Program-made: the position numbers and the translations under genes
Notes under the pieces: model-generated
The model's input: the letters and a program-made list of their open reading frames with translations, nothing else
Told to the model about the DNA's origin: nothing
Database searches by the model: none
Origin: a virus
Strand: one strand, 5' to 3'
DNA length: 64,000 bases
Virus record (IMG/VR): IMGVR_UViG_3300042904_000107
Span: 33,145-97,144 of that record
In this document: positions 18,991 to 28,407 of the stretch, piece after piece
How positions within the stretch are numbered: position 1 is the first letter of the stretch
How the letters are laid out: every line of letters begins with the position of its first letter

Positions 18991-20696
18991 TTCTTTTTGG
19001 TCTTCTTTGTTGCTGGCTTCTTAAAGACGAAGATAAGTTCAGTCTTGTGCCACTTCCCGTTCACTTTGCAGAAGTTCTTACAAGTTGGTTTACCATCTTC
19101 ACCAACGCGATTAGCACCAGGCATATTTGCTAGAACCATCTTTTCAACACCAACATACTCAGCACCTAGAGACTCTAGAATAGCCCTGCTATCCTGTTCT
19201 AGTGGGTAGTACTGGTCACCGACCTTAATGTCTGCAATGTTCCACAGTAGATAGCGGTCAGGTTTCAGATTATTATACGCATTTTCCAGAGTTGGTCTAA
19301 GGAATCCATCACGCCACTGGTCATAGAAAGGAAACTTCTTAAGGGACTGGGTATCATCTTCGGAATATCCCTCACGATTAAAATACGGAGGACTAGTGAA
19401 TACGAGGTCCAGTTTGTTTTTGTATTGCTGGAAATCAGGGTGCTCACCAATGACCTCGGAACCTTGAGTGAAAACGTGATAGGTATGAGGATCATAGCCA
19501 AACCGCTTAAGTGACTTATTAACAAAGTCAGCCAGATACTCATAGCGAGTACGGCCCAATTCCTCAATAAAATTATCTGTATTTGGATCCGTCCCGATGT
19601 AATGGACATGCCTGTCATCCATGACTGTCATTGCACCGGCAATTCGTCCACCCCATCCGGATGACGGGTCATAAATGTTGATTACGTCTTGGCTCTTGCA
19701 ATGATCCGTGTATTTTTCGTACAGGTACTTAGCAATCATTGGTGGGAAGTTCACCGCTACTTGAATGTAACCGATCTTGAACGCGGTGAAGCCAATCGGG
19801 AAAATACGAGTGTCTTTCTTGAAAAGACGAATATGGTACTGTTCACTGTCGTTTAGGTCTTTGTTCAGAGCACCTTGCCACTCAACGTCAGTTCTTTCAG
19901 GATCAACACCAACCAGATTGGCAGTGTTTTCGGGAGTGATGATTCCTTGCTTTGCGAGATCGAGTATCTCCGCTTTGCTGAGCCACATGAACTTCGATGC
20001 GTCAACCGAAGTATATCCCGTTCCTACTTCACCATCTTCAGGTGGTTCAACGCGACTGAGCCAGAAACCGTAATCCTTAAAGATCGTGGTGCGGTACGTA
20101 TTGAATGCGTCTACCCACTGTCTACCAGTCTCGGCGCTTTCAACCACCGCTAGTTTACTGCGTTCGGGTAATGACCAAGAGTAACGATAGAACGAATCGC
20201 GTTTAAAGTGGCGTCTACAACCTTTGACCATTCGGTTGCGGAACCGTTCGTTAGCAAATAGATCATAAACAGCATATCCATTAAATGTCCCCTCGTCGTC
20301 TACTTTCGTCTGGTAATTTATCTTCGCCTTCATCATGGTCGGGAAGAATTGATTAACACATGCTCCCAGATAACCATTATTGATGATAACGTTCGCCTTG
20401 CCATCCATCTCATCGACGTACGGTTTGGTACCGCCAGATTTTGCTTTGTAGAGTGAGATTGTCTTTCCTGGAGTACCACTCATTTCACGGAACTCCTCAT
20501 TCATCTCGCGTTCATCCATACCAGCGAGGGGAGGAATCCCGTGTATGTCCCAAACTTCTAATACACGGGATCGCATATGGTCGACCCACTTCTCAAACTC
20601 CGCATCGGTCATTACCAATAATTCGGAAAATTTTGCGTTTACGGAAGGGTCATCAATGATTTGGTCGTTGCGCGACCAGTAGAATTTTTCTGACAT
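18987..20696 (-). CDS. DNA amino-methyltransferase (N4-C/N6-A type) with long N-terminal region
   Basis: YDPSSGWGGR (SAM motif I), YIGTDPN, FTSPPYF..E.Y (motif IV). Confidence 0.85.
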   Translation of the reverse strand: MSEKFYWSRNDQIIDDPSVNAKFSELLVMTDAEFEKWVDHMRSRVLEVWDIHGIPPLAGMDEREMNEEFREMSGTPGKTISLYKAKSGGTKPYVDEMDGKANVIINNGYLGACVNQFFPTMMKAKINYQTKVDDEGTFNGYAVYDLFANERFRNRMVKGCRRHFKRDSFYRYSWSLPERSKLAVVESAETGRQWVDAFNTYRTTIFKDYGFWLSRVEPPEDGEVGTGYTSVDASKFMWLSKAEILDLAKQGIITPENTANLVGVDPERTDVEWQGALNKDLNDSEQYHIRLFKKDTRIFPIGFTAFKIGYIQVAVNFPPMIAKYLYEKYTDHCKSQDVINIYDPSSGWGGRIAGAMTVMDDRHVHYIGTDPNTDNFIEELGRTRYEYLADFVNKSLKRFGYDPHTYHVFTQGSEVIGEHPDFQQYKNKLDLVFTSPPYFNREGYSEDDTQSLKKFPFYDQWRDGFLRPTLENAYNNLKPDRYLLWNIADIKVGDQYYPLEQDSRAILESLGAEYVGVEKMVLANMPGANRVGEDGKPTCKNFCKVNGKWHKTELIFVFKKPATKKTKKK

Positions 20697-20700
20697 GCTG

Positions 20701-21240
20701 CTAATATGTAGGAAATTTTAATTGCTTGTCTTCGAAGAGAATTTCTTCTAGGATCTTTCTAGTATCTCTGAAGTTGGTAAACAAGATCGAATAGCCACCA
20801 GCTTCATTCCACTGAAGGCAATTCTGAGCATTATCATCAATGAGAATGTTACTTTGTCCATTGGTGACCGCCCAATGCTTCTTGTGCGACTTGCGCGTAA
20901 CCACGGTAACTTCGTCTTTATCGATATAAAGATTCCGTTCACACCATTCGTACTTCTGTGGTAAACTCTCAACGACCTTGTCGCTCATCGCCGTGAGGAC
21001 TTCCACCTTCTGACCCTTCATCATATGGTCATAGCGAAGATAGTTCCATAACCACTGACCATCCTGAAGCCAAGGTAACGTCGCATAGAACCTAGGCGTC
21101 CTTTTGGTCAAATCCATTTTCTGCTTTTGTGTGAGTTCCTTATACCCACCTTGGAAATCCCAATGTTTTTTGGCTAGGCGATATACTTCACCTTCCCAGT
21201 CAACTAGGACACCATCCATATCAACGTAAATTATACTCAT
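20701..21240 (-). CDS. HAD 5'(3')-deoxyribonucleotidase-like protein
   Basis: IYVDMDGVLVD, LTA, K..W, ILIDDN. Confidence 0.85.
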   Translation of the reverse strand: MSIIYVDMDGVLVDWEGEVYRLAKKHWDFQGGYKELTQKQKMDLTKRTPRFYATLPWLQDGQWLWNYLRYDHMMKGQKVEVLTAMSDKVVESLPQKYEWCERNLYIDKDEVTVVTRKSHKKHWAVTNGQSNILIDDNAQNCLQWNEAGGYSILFTNFRDTRKILEEILFEDKQLKFPTY

Positions 21241-21249
21241 CCAGTGGGC

Positions 21250-21435
21250 TTAAGAGCCCACGTTCCAGAAAAGGAATTTCTTTTTGGGAGTTTCCGGCCG
21301 AATTAATCTAGGAAGCGTCAATGCATCTACTTCCCATCCTTCCCATTTGACAACGACAAACGGAAGATCAATCGAAATAATTGATCCTCTTGCATAGTCT
21401 GTCATCACACGTTGGCCAATTTTAAGCTCCAACAT
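21250..21435 (-). CDS. small SH3-like hypothetical protein
   Basis: ORF coupled to the PLP gene; duplicated C-terminus. Confidence 0.55.
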   Translation of the reverse strand: MLELKIGQRVMTDYARGSIISIDLPFVVVKWEGWEVDALTLPRLIRPETPKKKFLFWNVGS

Positions 21436-22225
21436 TCCAAAATAGGACTTTCTTTTTGGGTTTTGCTCCGATTAGGACGTGTTCCCAGGCTTTTGCGTCG
21501 TAATTGGGAGACGAAGGGAAAGGCGGGCGCTTATCTTTCTTGCATTCTTCCGCAAACTTCTGCGAATGGCGAATAATTGTGGCTCTACCTTGCTCTGCGG
21601 GTGAGAGAACGTGCCCTATACTTACAGCATAACACTTTGCGTCAGGAAAAGCAAGTTGCAAACCACGGTTAAGGACACCCGATCCCGCAACTGACCAAAT
21701 TTCGTCAGGTTCGAAATCTAGAGTCCGCGCAACCTTTACAACAGATCCAATAACTGCCGGATCTCCGCTGAACTCCACGAGTCTTCTGTGTTGAGGGTCT
21801 TCGGCGACATATTTTCTGGCTCTTCCTTGCGTTACAGTCAACATTCCCATATTGACTTCGTGTATGTCAACACCTAATTGTTTAGCCTTCTCAGAGCTAG
21901 GATGCAGTTCCTTACCCTTGGCAATGAAGACTGTGGCCTTCTTACCATACTTCTTACAGACGGCACCAAGGCCTATCTGACCGTAGCCCCATCGAGAACC
22001 ACCGCCATAAACCCACTCCTGTACGGGTTCTTTCTGCACCATGTAATCGTAGATGCGCTCTTTGGTTCCTCCAGTTAGGAGGTCATCGCGCACAACATAG
22101 ATGCCTTCGTGCTTCTCCACAACAGGTGGTGGGTTTGGGTCGGTCCAGTCTTTTACCTTACTCAGATACCACTCAGGAGATCCTGGCTCGCCTTCGTCTA
22201 CTTCAAAGAAATCTTTCCAACTCAT
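21422..22225 (-). CDS. PLP-dependent enzyme, fold type II (TrpB/ACC-deaminase-like)
   Basis: VRDDLLTGGTKER (Schiff-base Lys), SVAGSG phosphate loop, YDAKAW, LFWNVG. Confidence 0.8.
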   Translation of the reverse strand: MSWKDFFEVDEGEPGSPEWYLSKVKDWTDPNPPPVVEKHEGIYVVRDDLLTGGTKERIYDYMVQKEPVQEWVYGGGSRWGYGQIGLGAVCKKYGKKATVFIAKGKELHPSSEKAKQLGVDIHEVNMGMLTVTQGRARKYVAEDPQHRRLVEFSGDPAVIGSVVKVARTLDFEPDEIWSVAGSGVLNRGLQLAFPDAKCYAVSIGHVLSPAEQGRATIIRHSQKFAEECKKDKRPPFPSSPNYDAKAWEHVLIGAKPKKKVLFWNVGA

Positions 22226-22485
22226 CGGATATCCCTTACAATCTGAGCAATCGTTTCTTCAGGAGCTTCCAAATCACCTTCTTCTAGGAAGAAAGTGTAG
22301 AAGCGTCCTTCATGATTGATCTGGAGCGCTAATTGCTCAGACCATCCTTCATCGTCACTACCATATCGGCAGAACGTAATCGCATGATGGCATTTGGGCG
22401 CTGGAGGCATTTCCTCTTCTAACCGCTTCAGGAAATTGAGGAGTTGTTCTCTCATTTCATGAACCTCTCTACCGTGTCGGCACAA
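22222..22485 (-). CDS. hypothetical protein
   Basis: ORF inside the coupled cluster; start uncertain. Confidence 0.5.
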   Translation of the reverse strand: MCRHGREVHEMREQLLNFLKRLEEEMPPAPKCHHAITFCRYGSDDEGWSEQLALQINHEGRFYTFFLEEGDLEAPEETIAQIVRDIR

Positions 22486-22928
22486 TCATAGACGAAGATC
22501 GTCCCTGGGATTGTTCCGTTTGACCAAACAATCTTACCTGCATCCTGAAACCCAACTGCTTTATGCCACTTGATGGACTGCTCGTTGCTGTCATGTACGC
22601 AACCGAACACGCGACCAGGTTTCACATATTCCTCAACAAACTGTCGGAAGAACAGGAACGGTCCAAGCGTATTCTTCTTATTGGTGCTTAGAATCTGGTG
22701 AATATTCCACTCACCGCGCGAGTACTGATACTCACCGACACGACCACCGCGCTTCATCTGTTGAATTACCGCAATGGTATCGTTGCCCATGAATACTTGT
22801 CCCGCTTCGATACTGCGTACCAAGTAATCTTTACGGACATACAAGAACTTTCCTTCTTTCTTGTACAACTTAAAGCCGTCCTGAATCGCTTTCAGGTCGT
22901 CCTGCGTTGCTACGTGTAACTTAGACAA
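22452..22928 (-). CDS. GNAT-fold acyltransferase-like protein
   Basis: C-terminal V...N..S..WH...GF matches GNAT motif B; IHQI strand. Confidence 0.65.
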   Translation of the reverse strand: MSKLHVATQDDLKAIQDGFKLYKKEGKFLYVRKDYLVRSIEAGQVFMGNDTIAVIQQMKRGGRVGEYQYSRGEWNIHQILSTNKKNTLGPFLFFRQFVEEYVKPGRVFGCVHDSNEQSIKWHKAVGFQDAGKIVWSNGTIPGTIFVYDCADTVERFMK

Positions 22929-23943
22929 ATTTCACCTCGTGATATAGTTTAGGACATAGCTTCTCAAATTCTACATCATCAAGGAAACTATCGGGCGTCA
23001 ATCCTGTCAAGAACGTAACAAACGATCCGTTCTTTTCCGTTTTCTGGTAATTGAAATGGAGTGTCCGTGTAAACTTGAAAAGTTCCTGTAAAATTGCGTA
23101 TTCAACCCGGCGGCTAAAGGCTCTGCAACTCAAGCAGAAATGGTGCAAAGACATGTAGTTGTGGAGAGTGGTATTGAACATGTGTTCTCCAGTAATTACC
23201 GCAATGACACCCAAAGGACCGAAGCGATCCTCGTAACTAACCACATAACCAAAGTTATGACCGATCGAAAGCAGATATTCCAGTCGGTTCTTCTCTGTAA
23301 TCCATCCATTCAGATTGAACTGGTTGGTTTTCTTGATTAGTTCCACTGCTCTATCAATGTTGTTTTCATTGATAGCTGAGAAGGTAAGCTTGGCATTCAA
23401 GCTCTGGTAGAATTCCTCAGGATCTTTTGTGCTCAACTCGGAATTGAACCGCACATTCGAGCGAATGCTTTGCATCCGAAGCTTGTCTTCCTGGGTCGCT
23501 TCGCGCTTCGGGAAGAAATAGCGGACGGACTTCACAAAATTCGGGAAATCTTCCTCATTTTTAGGGAATTTGAGAACTTTGATACCTGGATGCGAATCGA
23601 AGACTTCTGCCAATTCAAAATCGGAGTCATCGATAAACAGCACGTCATCCGCAGAAATATTCCATGTTTTCAGAATGCGTGCCACAGATTCCGACTTTGG
23701 ACCCCAATTTGCCTCGACTGGAAAGAAATGATCTAGTCCTATCTTAGGTTTTAGGATTTCAAACGGAACCTTAACGTCTTCATTCTTACTGGCAATAGCA
23801 AGAAGAATTCCTTCAGTTTCCAATTTTAGTAGGAGTGTCTGATACTGTGCGTACATTCCTTGAACTGTTAAGTCCTCTTCCTCGGATTCTAACCAGATTC
23901 CACCCCAAAGTGTTTTGTCTAAATCGGTAATAATACCTTTCAT
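22921..23943 (-). CDS. FkbH-like HAD-IIIC glyceryl-ACP loading enzyme
   Basis: TDLDKTLWGG, GILLAIASKN, NWGPKSES, FIDDSDFE, KTNQFNL, DRFG.LG.I, LSCRAFSRRVE. Confidence 0.9.
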   Translation of the reverse strand: MKGIITDLDKTLWGGIWLESEEEDLTVQGMYAQYQTLLLKLETEGILLAIASKNEDVKVPFEILKPKIGLDHFFPVEANWGPKSESVARILKTWNISADDVLFIDDSDFELAEVFDSHPGIKVLKFPKNEEDFPNFVKSVRYFFPKREATQEDKLRMQSIRSNVRFNSELSTKDPEEFYQSLNAKLTFSAINENNIDRAVELIKKTNQFNLNGWITEKNRLEYLLSIGHNFGYVVSYEDRFGPLGVIAVITGEHMFNTTLHNYMSLHHFCLSCRAFSRRVEYAILQELFKFTRTLHFNYQKTEKNGSFVTFLTGLTPDSFLDDVEFEKLCPKLYHEVKFV

Positions 23944-24173
23944 GCTGCCTCCACTGCTTCAAGGAAGGCATCGAAGGATGTTAGCTCGGCGATCTTCTCT
24001 AGATTGAGTACATTACCGAATTCATTCTCAATGGCTACTACCAATTCAACAACGCGCACAGAATCCCAGTCTCCAAGCGTGTCTTCACTCGCAGAAAGTA
24101 CCGTTTTGTCTGTCAGATTGGGGAATACCTGTTTGAAGCAGGTAATAAGACGTGATTTTGTCGATTTCTTCAT
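23940..24173 (-). CDS. acyl carrier protein
   Basis: 77 aa; GDWDSV (phosphopantetheine Ser), LVVAIENEFG; coupled to FkbH. Confidence 0.88.
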   Translation of the reverse strand: MKKSTKSRLITCFKQVFPNLTDKTVLSASEDTLGDWDSVRVVELVVAIENEFGNVLNLEKIAELTSFDAFLEAVEAA

Positions 24174-24185
24174 ATTCCAAACATA

Positions 24186-24254
24186 TTCCCGCGCTTAAGT
24201 TATTATTTTAGCACAACTTAGCGCGGGAAAGCAACTGTCAATACTACTTAGGCC
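24186..24254 (-). promoter_or_regulatory. promoter of the ACP cluster overlapped by an inverted repeat
   Basis: TTGCTT-18-TAAAAT; arms TTCCCGCGCTTAAGTT / AACTTAGCGCGGGAA. Confidence 0.55.
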
Positions 24255-24407
24255 TCGTTATATTCCCAGGTTCCGTCGGCGCGAAGAGTCAAAAGACCAT
24301 TGAAAAGTTCCAAGTCAAGCCGCAATTGTTCATCCGATTGGGTCAATCTGAAATCCCAACCCTCGGAGACCATAACATTCACAATATTATTAAGTTCTTC
24401 CGGCATT

Positions 24408-24665
24408 TTAGAAAATTCCTCGTCCTTTCAACGCGATTGAAGCATTTGCAATGTGCAAAGCGCTCCGAACTCTAAGAATAGCCTCGTTCCTGTCAGCACT
24501 TGGTGGGCAGGTAACCAAAATTACTTGCGCGAAGTACTTGGCAGCTTCACGAAGCGACTGGTAATTCGCAATTTCTTCAGGTGTTGGAGCATGGTATCTA
24601 AAAACATGATCTAGATCCATCTCTTGTTGTACGGTCAGGTCGTTAATCATAACTAACGGATTCAA
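24408..24665 (-). CDS. Acb2/Tad1-like helical-hairpin protein (candidate signal sponge)
   Basis: FRYHAPTPEE..Y..LRE.AK.FA..I...CP.SADR..AI......ANASIA pattern. Confidence 0.6.
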   Translation of the reverse strand: MNPLVMINDLTVQQEMDLDHVFRYHAPTPEEIANYQSLREAAKYFAQVILVTCPPSADRNEAILRVRSALHIANASIALKGRGIF

Positions 24666-25011
24666 TATCCTCTTCGGTGAATTTCTTTCGATCTCGGGTA
24701 AAATTTTGAAAAGTTTCTAAAAGGATCTTCTTACCGTCTTTTCTACGCAAATAAAACGGTTGAAAATTCTCGGTAAATCCTCGCTCAACAAATCCTAAAT
24801 CGGAAAGAGCGCATTTTGGATCAGTCTTTCGATATTCACTCAGTACTTGGTAAGCAGAATCCATTGCTCTCCAAACGGCTCGCAAATCATTGAGATCAAT
24901 TTCAACAGTCCCGGATAATTTCCGAGTCTCTAACTTTGGCTCAACAAGTTTGGCAACATACTCCAAACTTTCAATTGACTGAATTGTTCTATTCCACGTA
25001 TATGGCATCAT
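24643..25011 (-). CDS. hypothetical protein
   Basis: ORF coupled to gp46 stop. Confidence 0.5.
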   Translation of the reverse strand: MMPYTWNRTIQSIESLEYVAKLVEPKLETRKLSGTVEIDLNDLRAVWRAMDSAYQVLSEYRKTDPKCALSDLGFVERGFTENFQPFYLRRKDGKKILLETFQNFTRDRKKFTEEDIESVSYD

Positions 25012-26723
25012 TGCTCCATAATTGAGAAGCCGCGCTCCTCAACAAATTTGATCGTGTTTTGGAACTTGTCGGTGAATACATCACCCTTCGGTGAAATTAC
25101 AAACATGTTCACGTCTTTGGCAAGCGCATTAATCAGCTTCAGGAAGTCATCGATACCATTATCGTCAAGAGCCGACTCAAAGATTTCATCCATGAGTAGC
25201 AGATTGGTGTTGGCACTATTTCTCAACTTCGCAATTTCTCGCCATGTAAACATCACCGCAAGGTCAATACGAAGCTTCTGTCCTTCTGAAAGTTGGTAGT
25301 AGATGCGCTCTTTGCTACCGCGAATGTGGATTGTCTCTTTGAAGTTCTCGTCCAACGTGAAATTCGCAAAGAAGTCCATTGCGGCAAGGTACTTGTTGAC
25401 GTACTTATTGATAATTGGAAGGTATTGCTTGATAATCTTCGTCTTAATGCCTGTGTCCTTCAGCATTACCGCGACAATATCCAAATAGTGTTTGCGGGAC
25501 GTTAGATCGTCGCGCGTCTTAACCATCTCTCGGAGAGAATCTTCAAGTTTTACCAACTTGCTTTCATGCTCCGCTGAGTCTCCACCGCTGTCTCGGAGAT
25601 CATCAATCTCCCTTTGGACAGTCTTGATATACTTTTCAATTGCGTGGATTGAAGACTTAATCTTGTGGATCTTCTGATTCCGTTCGTCTACAGCTTTAAG
25701 AACGGTATTAATCTCTTCAAGTCTCGATTCCGACGATTTTAGGTCTTCTTGAAGTTTACTGAGAGCAGTTTCGATCTCCACAACCAATTCCTGTTTGCGC
25801 GTAAGCATATCATTCTTAAAGTCTTCTGCAATGCTCTGCTTACACGTAGGACACTCGCTTGTCTCCTCAAAAAAGTGGAGTTCTTTGTTTGCCTTCGATT
25901 TGTTACTCTCTAGCTTATCAGATGCTTGTTCCAGACCTTTTATGCGCTTTTTCACCTTGGCCAGGTCTTTAATGCGATCCTCTAGATCTTGAATTTCATT
26001 TTGGAGATCTAGAATCTCAGCGTCGTATGTGGATCTCTGACCTTCATTGTCTGCGATTGTATCCTTCTTCAACTTGATTGCTGCCGCATTATCCGCTTTC
26101 AGCTTTTTCAGGTAAGCGGTGACAAGCGCAACCTTCTCTTGTTGGAGTTCGATTTGATTCGAAAGTTGGAGATACTCTTCTTTCATCTCCTGAACGCGAG
26201 TCTTGAGAACTTGGTTCATCGAAGAGAAGATTTGGATATCGAGTAAATCCTCAATAATGGTCCGTCGGTCGGCCGGTGGTAGTTGCATGAAGGGCACGAA
26301 CGATGCACTGCCAAGTACAACAATCTGGACAATCGTCTTCTTATTACACTTGAGGATATTTTGTTCCAGATACTTTTGGTAATCGCGGGCGTTCGCATCC
26401 TGGTTGATGATGGAATTATTCTTGAAGATCTCGAAAGTACGCGGGCGCATACCACGGCGAATTTTGTAATTTGTGCGCCCGATTTGAAATTCCACTTCGA
26501 CCATCATCCCTTTATCGTTCGTATCATTAATTAACTGAGGAACAGTTATATTACGGAATGGTTCACCAAAAAGAACATATACCAGCGCATCAAGTAGTGT
26601 TGATTTGCCGGAACCATTTTTCCCCATTATCAAAGTTGTTGGGGATTGATCTAGTTGAATTTCTGTCCACATATCACCGGTCATTAAAAAATTCTGCCAG
26701 CGTATGCGTTTAAAAACAATCAT
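25008..26723 (-). CDS. recombination ATPase gp46 (Rad50/SbcC-like)
   Basis: GKNGSGKST, CPTC hook, LSEGQK, LMDEIFESALD. Confidence 0.96.
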   Translation of the reverse strand: MIVFKRIRWQNFLMTGDMWTEIQLDQSPTTLIMGKNGSGKSTLLDALVYVLFGEPFRNITVPQLINDTNDKGMMVEVEFQIGRTNYKIRRGMRPRTFEIFKNNSIINQDANARDYQKYLEQNILKCNKKTIVQIVVLGSASFVPFMQLPPADRRTIIEDLLDIQIFSSMNQVLKTRVQEMKEEYLQLSNQIELQQEKVALVTAYLKKLKADNAAAIKLKKDTIADNEGQRSTYDAEILDLQNEIQDLEDRIKDLAKVKKRIKGLEQASDKLESNKSKANKELHFFEETSECPTCKQSIAEDFKNDMLTRKQELVVEIETALSKLQEDLKSSESRLEEINTVLKAVDERNQKIHKIKSSIHAIEKYIKTVQREIDDLRDSGGDSAEHESKLVKLEDSLREMVKTRDDLTSRKHYLDIVAVMLKDTGIKTKIIKQYLPIINKYVNKYLAAMDFFANFTLDENFKETIHIRGSKERIYYQLSEGQKLRIDLAVMFTWREIAKLRNSANTNLLLMDEIFESALDDNGIDDFLKLINALAKDVNMFVISPKGDVFTDKFQNTIKFVEERGFSIMEQ

Positions 26724-26730
26724 TTTTACC

Positions 26731-27189
26731 TCAATCCACCCACGTTCGATTATGAACTATAGACCAGATAGTATGTTGCGAAACTTTGTATATTCTAGAT
26801 AATCCTCGTTGCGTGTTTCCCTTAGCGTACATATTTCGAATATCCATAATATCTCGCTCCGTTAATTTCGAATTACCTGCTCGCTCCCGCCGCAAGTGGG
26901 CTTGTCTTCCTTTACTATTTCGGTCAGCAATGTTATCAGCATCCGAACCTAAAAAGAAATGAAAAGGATTAACACAGGAAGGAGTATCACATTTATGGCA
27001 CACCCTTAAATTATTTGGAATTTTACCAAAATGGATTTCCCAAGAAACTCTATGAGCCCGCTGAGATCTTCCTTCAAACCAGAACATCCCGTAACCTTCT
27101 TTACTATCTTTAGCACCGGTCCAAATCCAACATGAATCTGTCTTATCTACTTTGGAAAAGAACCGTTCGAGTAACGGTTCTTTTTTCAT
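26731..27189 (-). CDS. HNH homing endonuclease with C-terminal HTH
   Basis: CWIWTG, AHRVSW, VCHKCDTPSCVNP.H..LG...DN. Confidence 0.9.
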   Translation of the reverse strand: MKKEPLLERFFSKVDKTDSCWIWTGAKDSKEGYGMFWFEGRSQRAHRVSWEIHFGKIPNNLRVCHKCDTPSCVNPFHFFLGSDADNIADRNSKGRQAHLRRERAGNSKLTERDIMDIRNMYAKGNTQRGLSRIYKVSQHTIWSIVHNRTWVD

Positions 27190-27557
27190 TGGCTCTTTTT
27201 CGCGGTGTATCTTTCGATTTCTTCGTTGTTGGAAAGCATAATGGTTTCATCAGGAAACACAATGCTTAGGCGCATCTGCTTACACTTCTTCAATAGCTCC
27301 GATGCTAATTCCAATGCTCCCATTTCAATGTTAACAGGATGCGACGGGAATCTAGGATAATTGATAAACCCGACTATAATTCCAGGTTCTCTACCGCCTC
27401 GATAGATGTACTCTGTCCTTGTGACAGATACACACTGGCTAACTCTATCGACCCAGTCTTGGATAAACGATTCAACTTCCTCAAAAGGCATTACCTCGTC
27501 AGTATAGCCCCGTTTCAATCCGCAGTAGATTGTGGCAGTATAAGTTTCTGCTTTCAT
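27186..27557 (-). CDS. hypothetical phage protein
   Basis: GREPG..VGFINYPRFP; translationally coupled. Confidence 0.65.
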   Translation of the reverse strand: MKAETYTATIYCGLKRGYTDEVMPFEEVESFIQDWVDRVSQCVSVTRTEYIYRGGREPGIIVGFINYPRFPSHPVNIEMGALELASELLKKCKQMRLSIVFPDETIMLSNNEEIERYTAKKSQ

Positions 27558-28156
27558 TTGCCGTTACCAAATTGCATCGACAGCATATCCGCCATATGTA
27601 GGATATTTGCTTCAACTGTTTGTGGTTCTACAGGACTACCCCACTCTAAACGTCCGTGGTGAGAAAGTAGGCAGTGTTCAATGTTTAGTACTTTGTTTTC
27701 AAATTCACCGTTATCTACAGGAAGAGTTTCGGTGAATTTAGCTAGGTTCTTGATGAATTCTGCATGGCTACCAGCAACGTGCCGCACTAAATTGCGATAA
27801 GGTGTTTTACCAAACTTTACAGGGACACCGTTACTATAAACACCAATTCCCTGAACCTCAGGAAGATACTCCTTGATCTTCATGTAATCGTGGTAGATTG
27901 CGGCAACTGTCAAGACTTCTCGATCGGCTGCCCTATAGATGTTAGACAGATGAAACGATGTTTCCAACACTTCTGCTGTGTGGACTATCAGTCCACCTTC
28001 ATAAGCATGGTGCTGCCCCGCAGATCCGTAGGTGGTCAAAAATCGCGGATCGTCAAGCACTTTCAGACATAATTGGTAAAACGGTGAACTAAGTTCTTTT
28101 GCCGTTTCTCTCATCCAAGTTAGATGAGCCTTGATTGTAAATGGTGGTAGGATCAT
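27554..28156 (-). CDS. HD-domain phosphohydrolase (YhaM/Cbf1-like catalytic domain)
   Basis: HHAYEGGL..H, YHDYMK, LSHHG..EWGSP..P...EA.ILH.AD. Confidence 0.85.
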   Translation of the reverse strand: MILPPFTIKAHLTWMRETAKELSSPFYQLCLKVLDDPRFLTTYGSAGQHHAYEGGLIVHTAEVLETSFHLSNIYRAADREVLTVAAIYHDYMKIKEYLPEVQGIGVYSNGVPVKFGKTPYRNLVRHVAGSHAEFIKNLAKFTETLPVDNGEFENKVLNIEHCLLSHHGRLEWGSPVEPQTVEANILHMADMLSMQFGNGK

Positions 28157-28407
28157 TCTTCACAAATATCATGGATGAATCTAAGAGCCATAGCAGCAAT
28201 CTGGACGCACTCCTCGCGCATCTCCGCTTTATTACGCTTGGAACTCTTGAGTCTCACATGCTCCCACAGTTCGTCTACTTCCTCGTAAAGTACTGCCCAA
28301 CCCTCGTGTGCCGAGTTGAATTTACCGTGCTTCTTTGTGGCGCTTATAAATTCATGCTCCACATCGGTGAACGCGGTTTCCATCACTTCTTTGTTGATAT
28401 CTGCCAT
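28153..28407 (-). CDS. MazG-like nucleotide pyrophosphohydrolase
   Basis: FNSAHEG.AVL.EEVDELW, EECVQIAAMALRF. Confidence 0.7.
   Translation of the reverse strand: MADINKEVMETAFTDVEHEFISATKKHGKFNSAHEGWAVLYEEVDELWEHVRLKSSKRNKAEMREECVQIAAMALRFIHDICEE

Noticed and set aside
21422-24173. Host-derived PKS/NRPS contamination
   Set aside because: No ketosynthase or condensation genes; the cluster is coupled and co-oriented with phage genes
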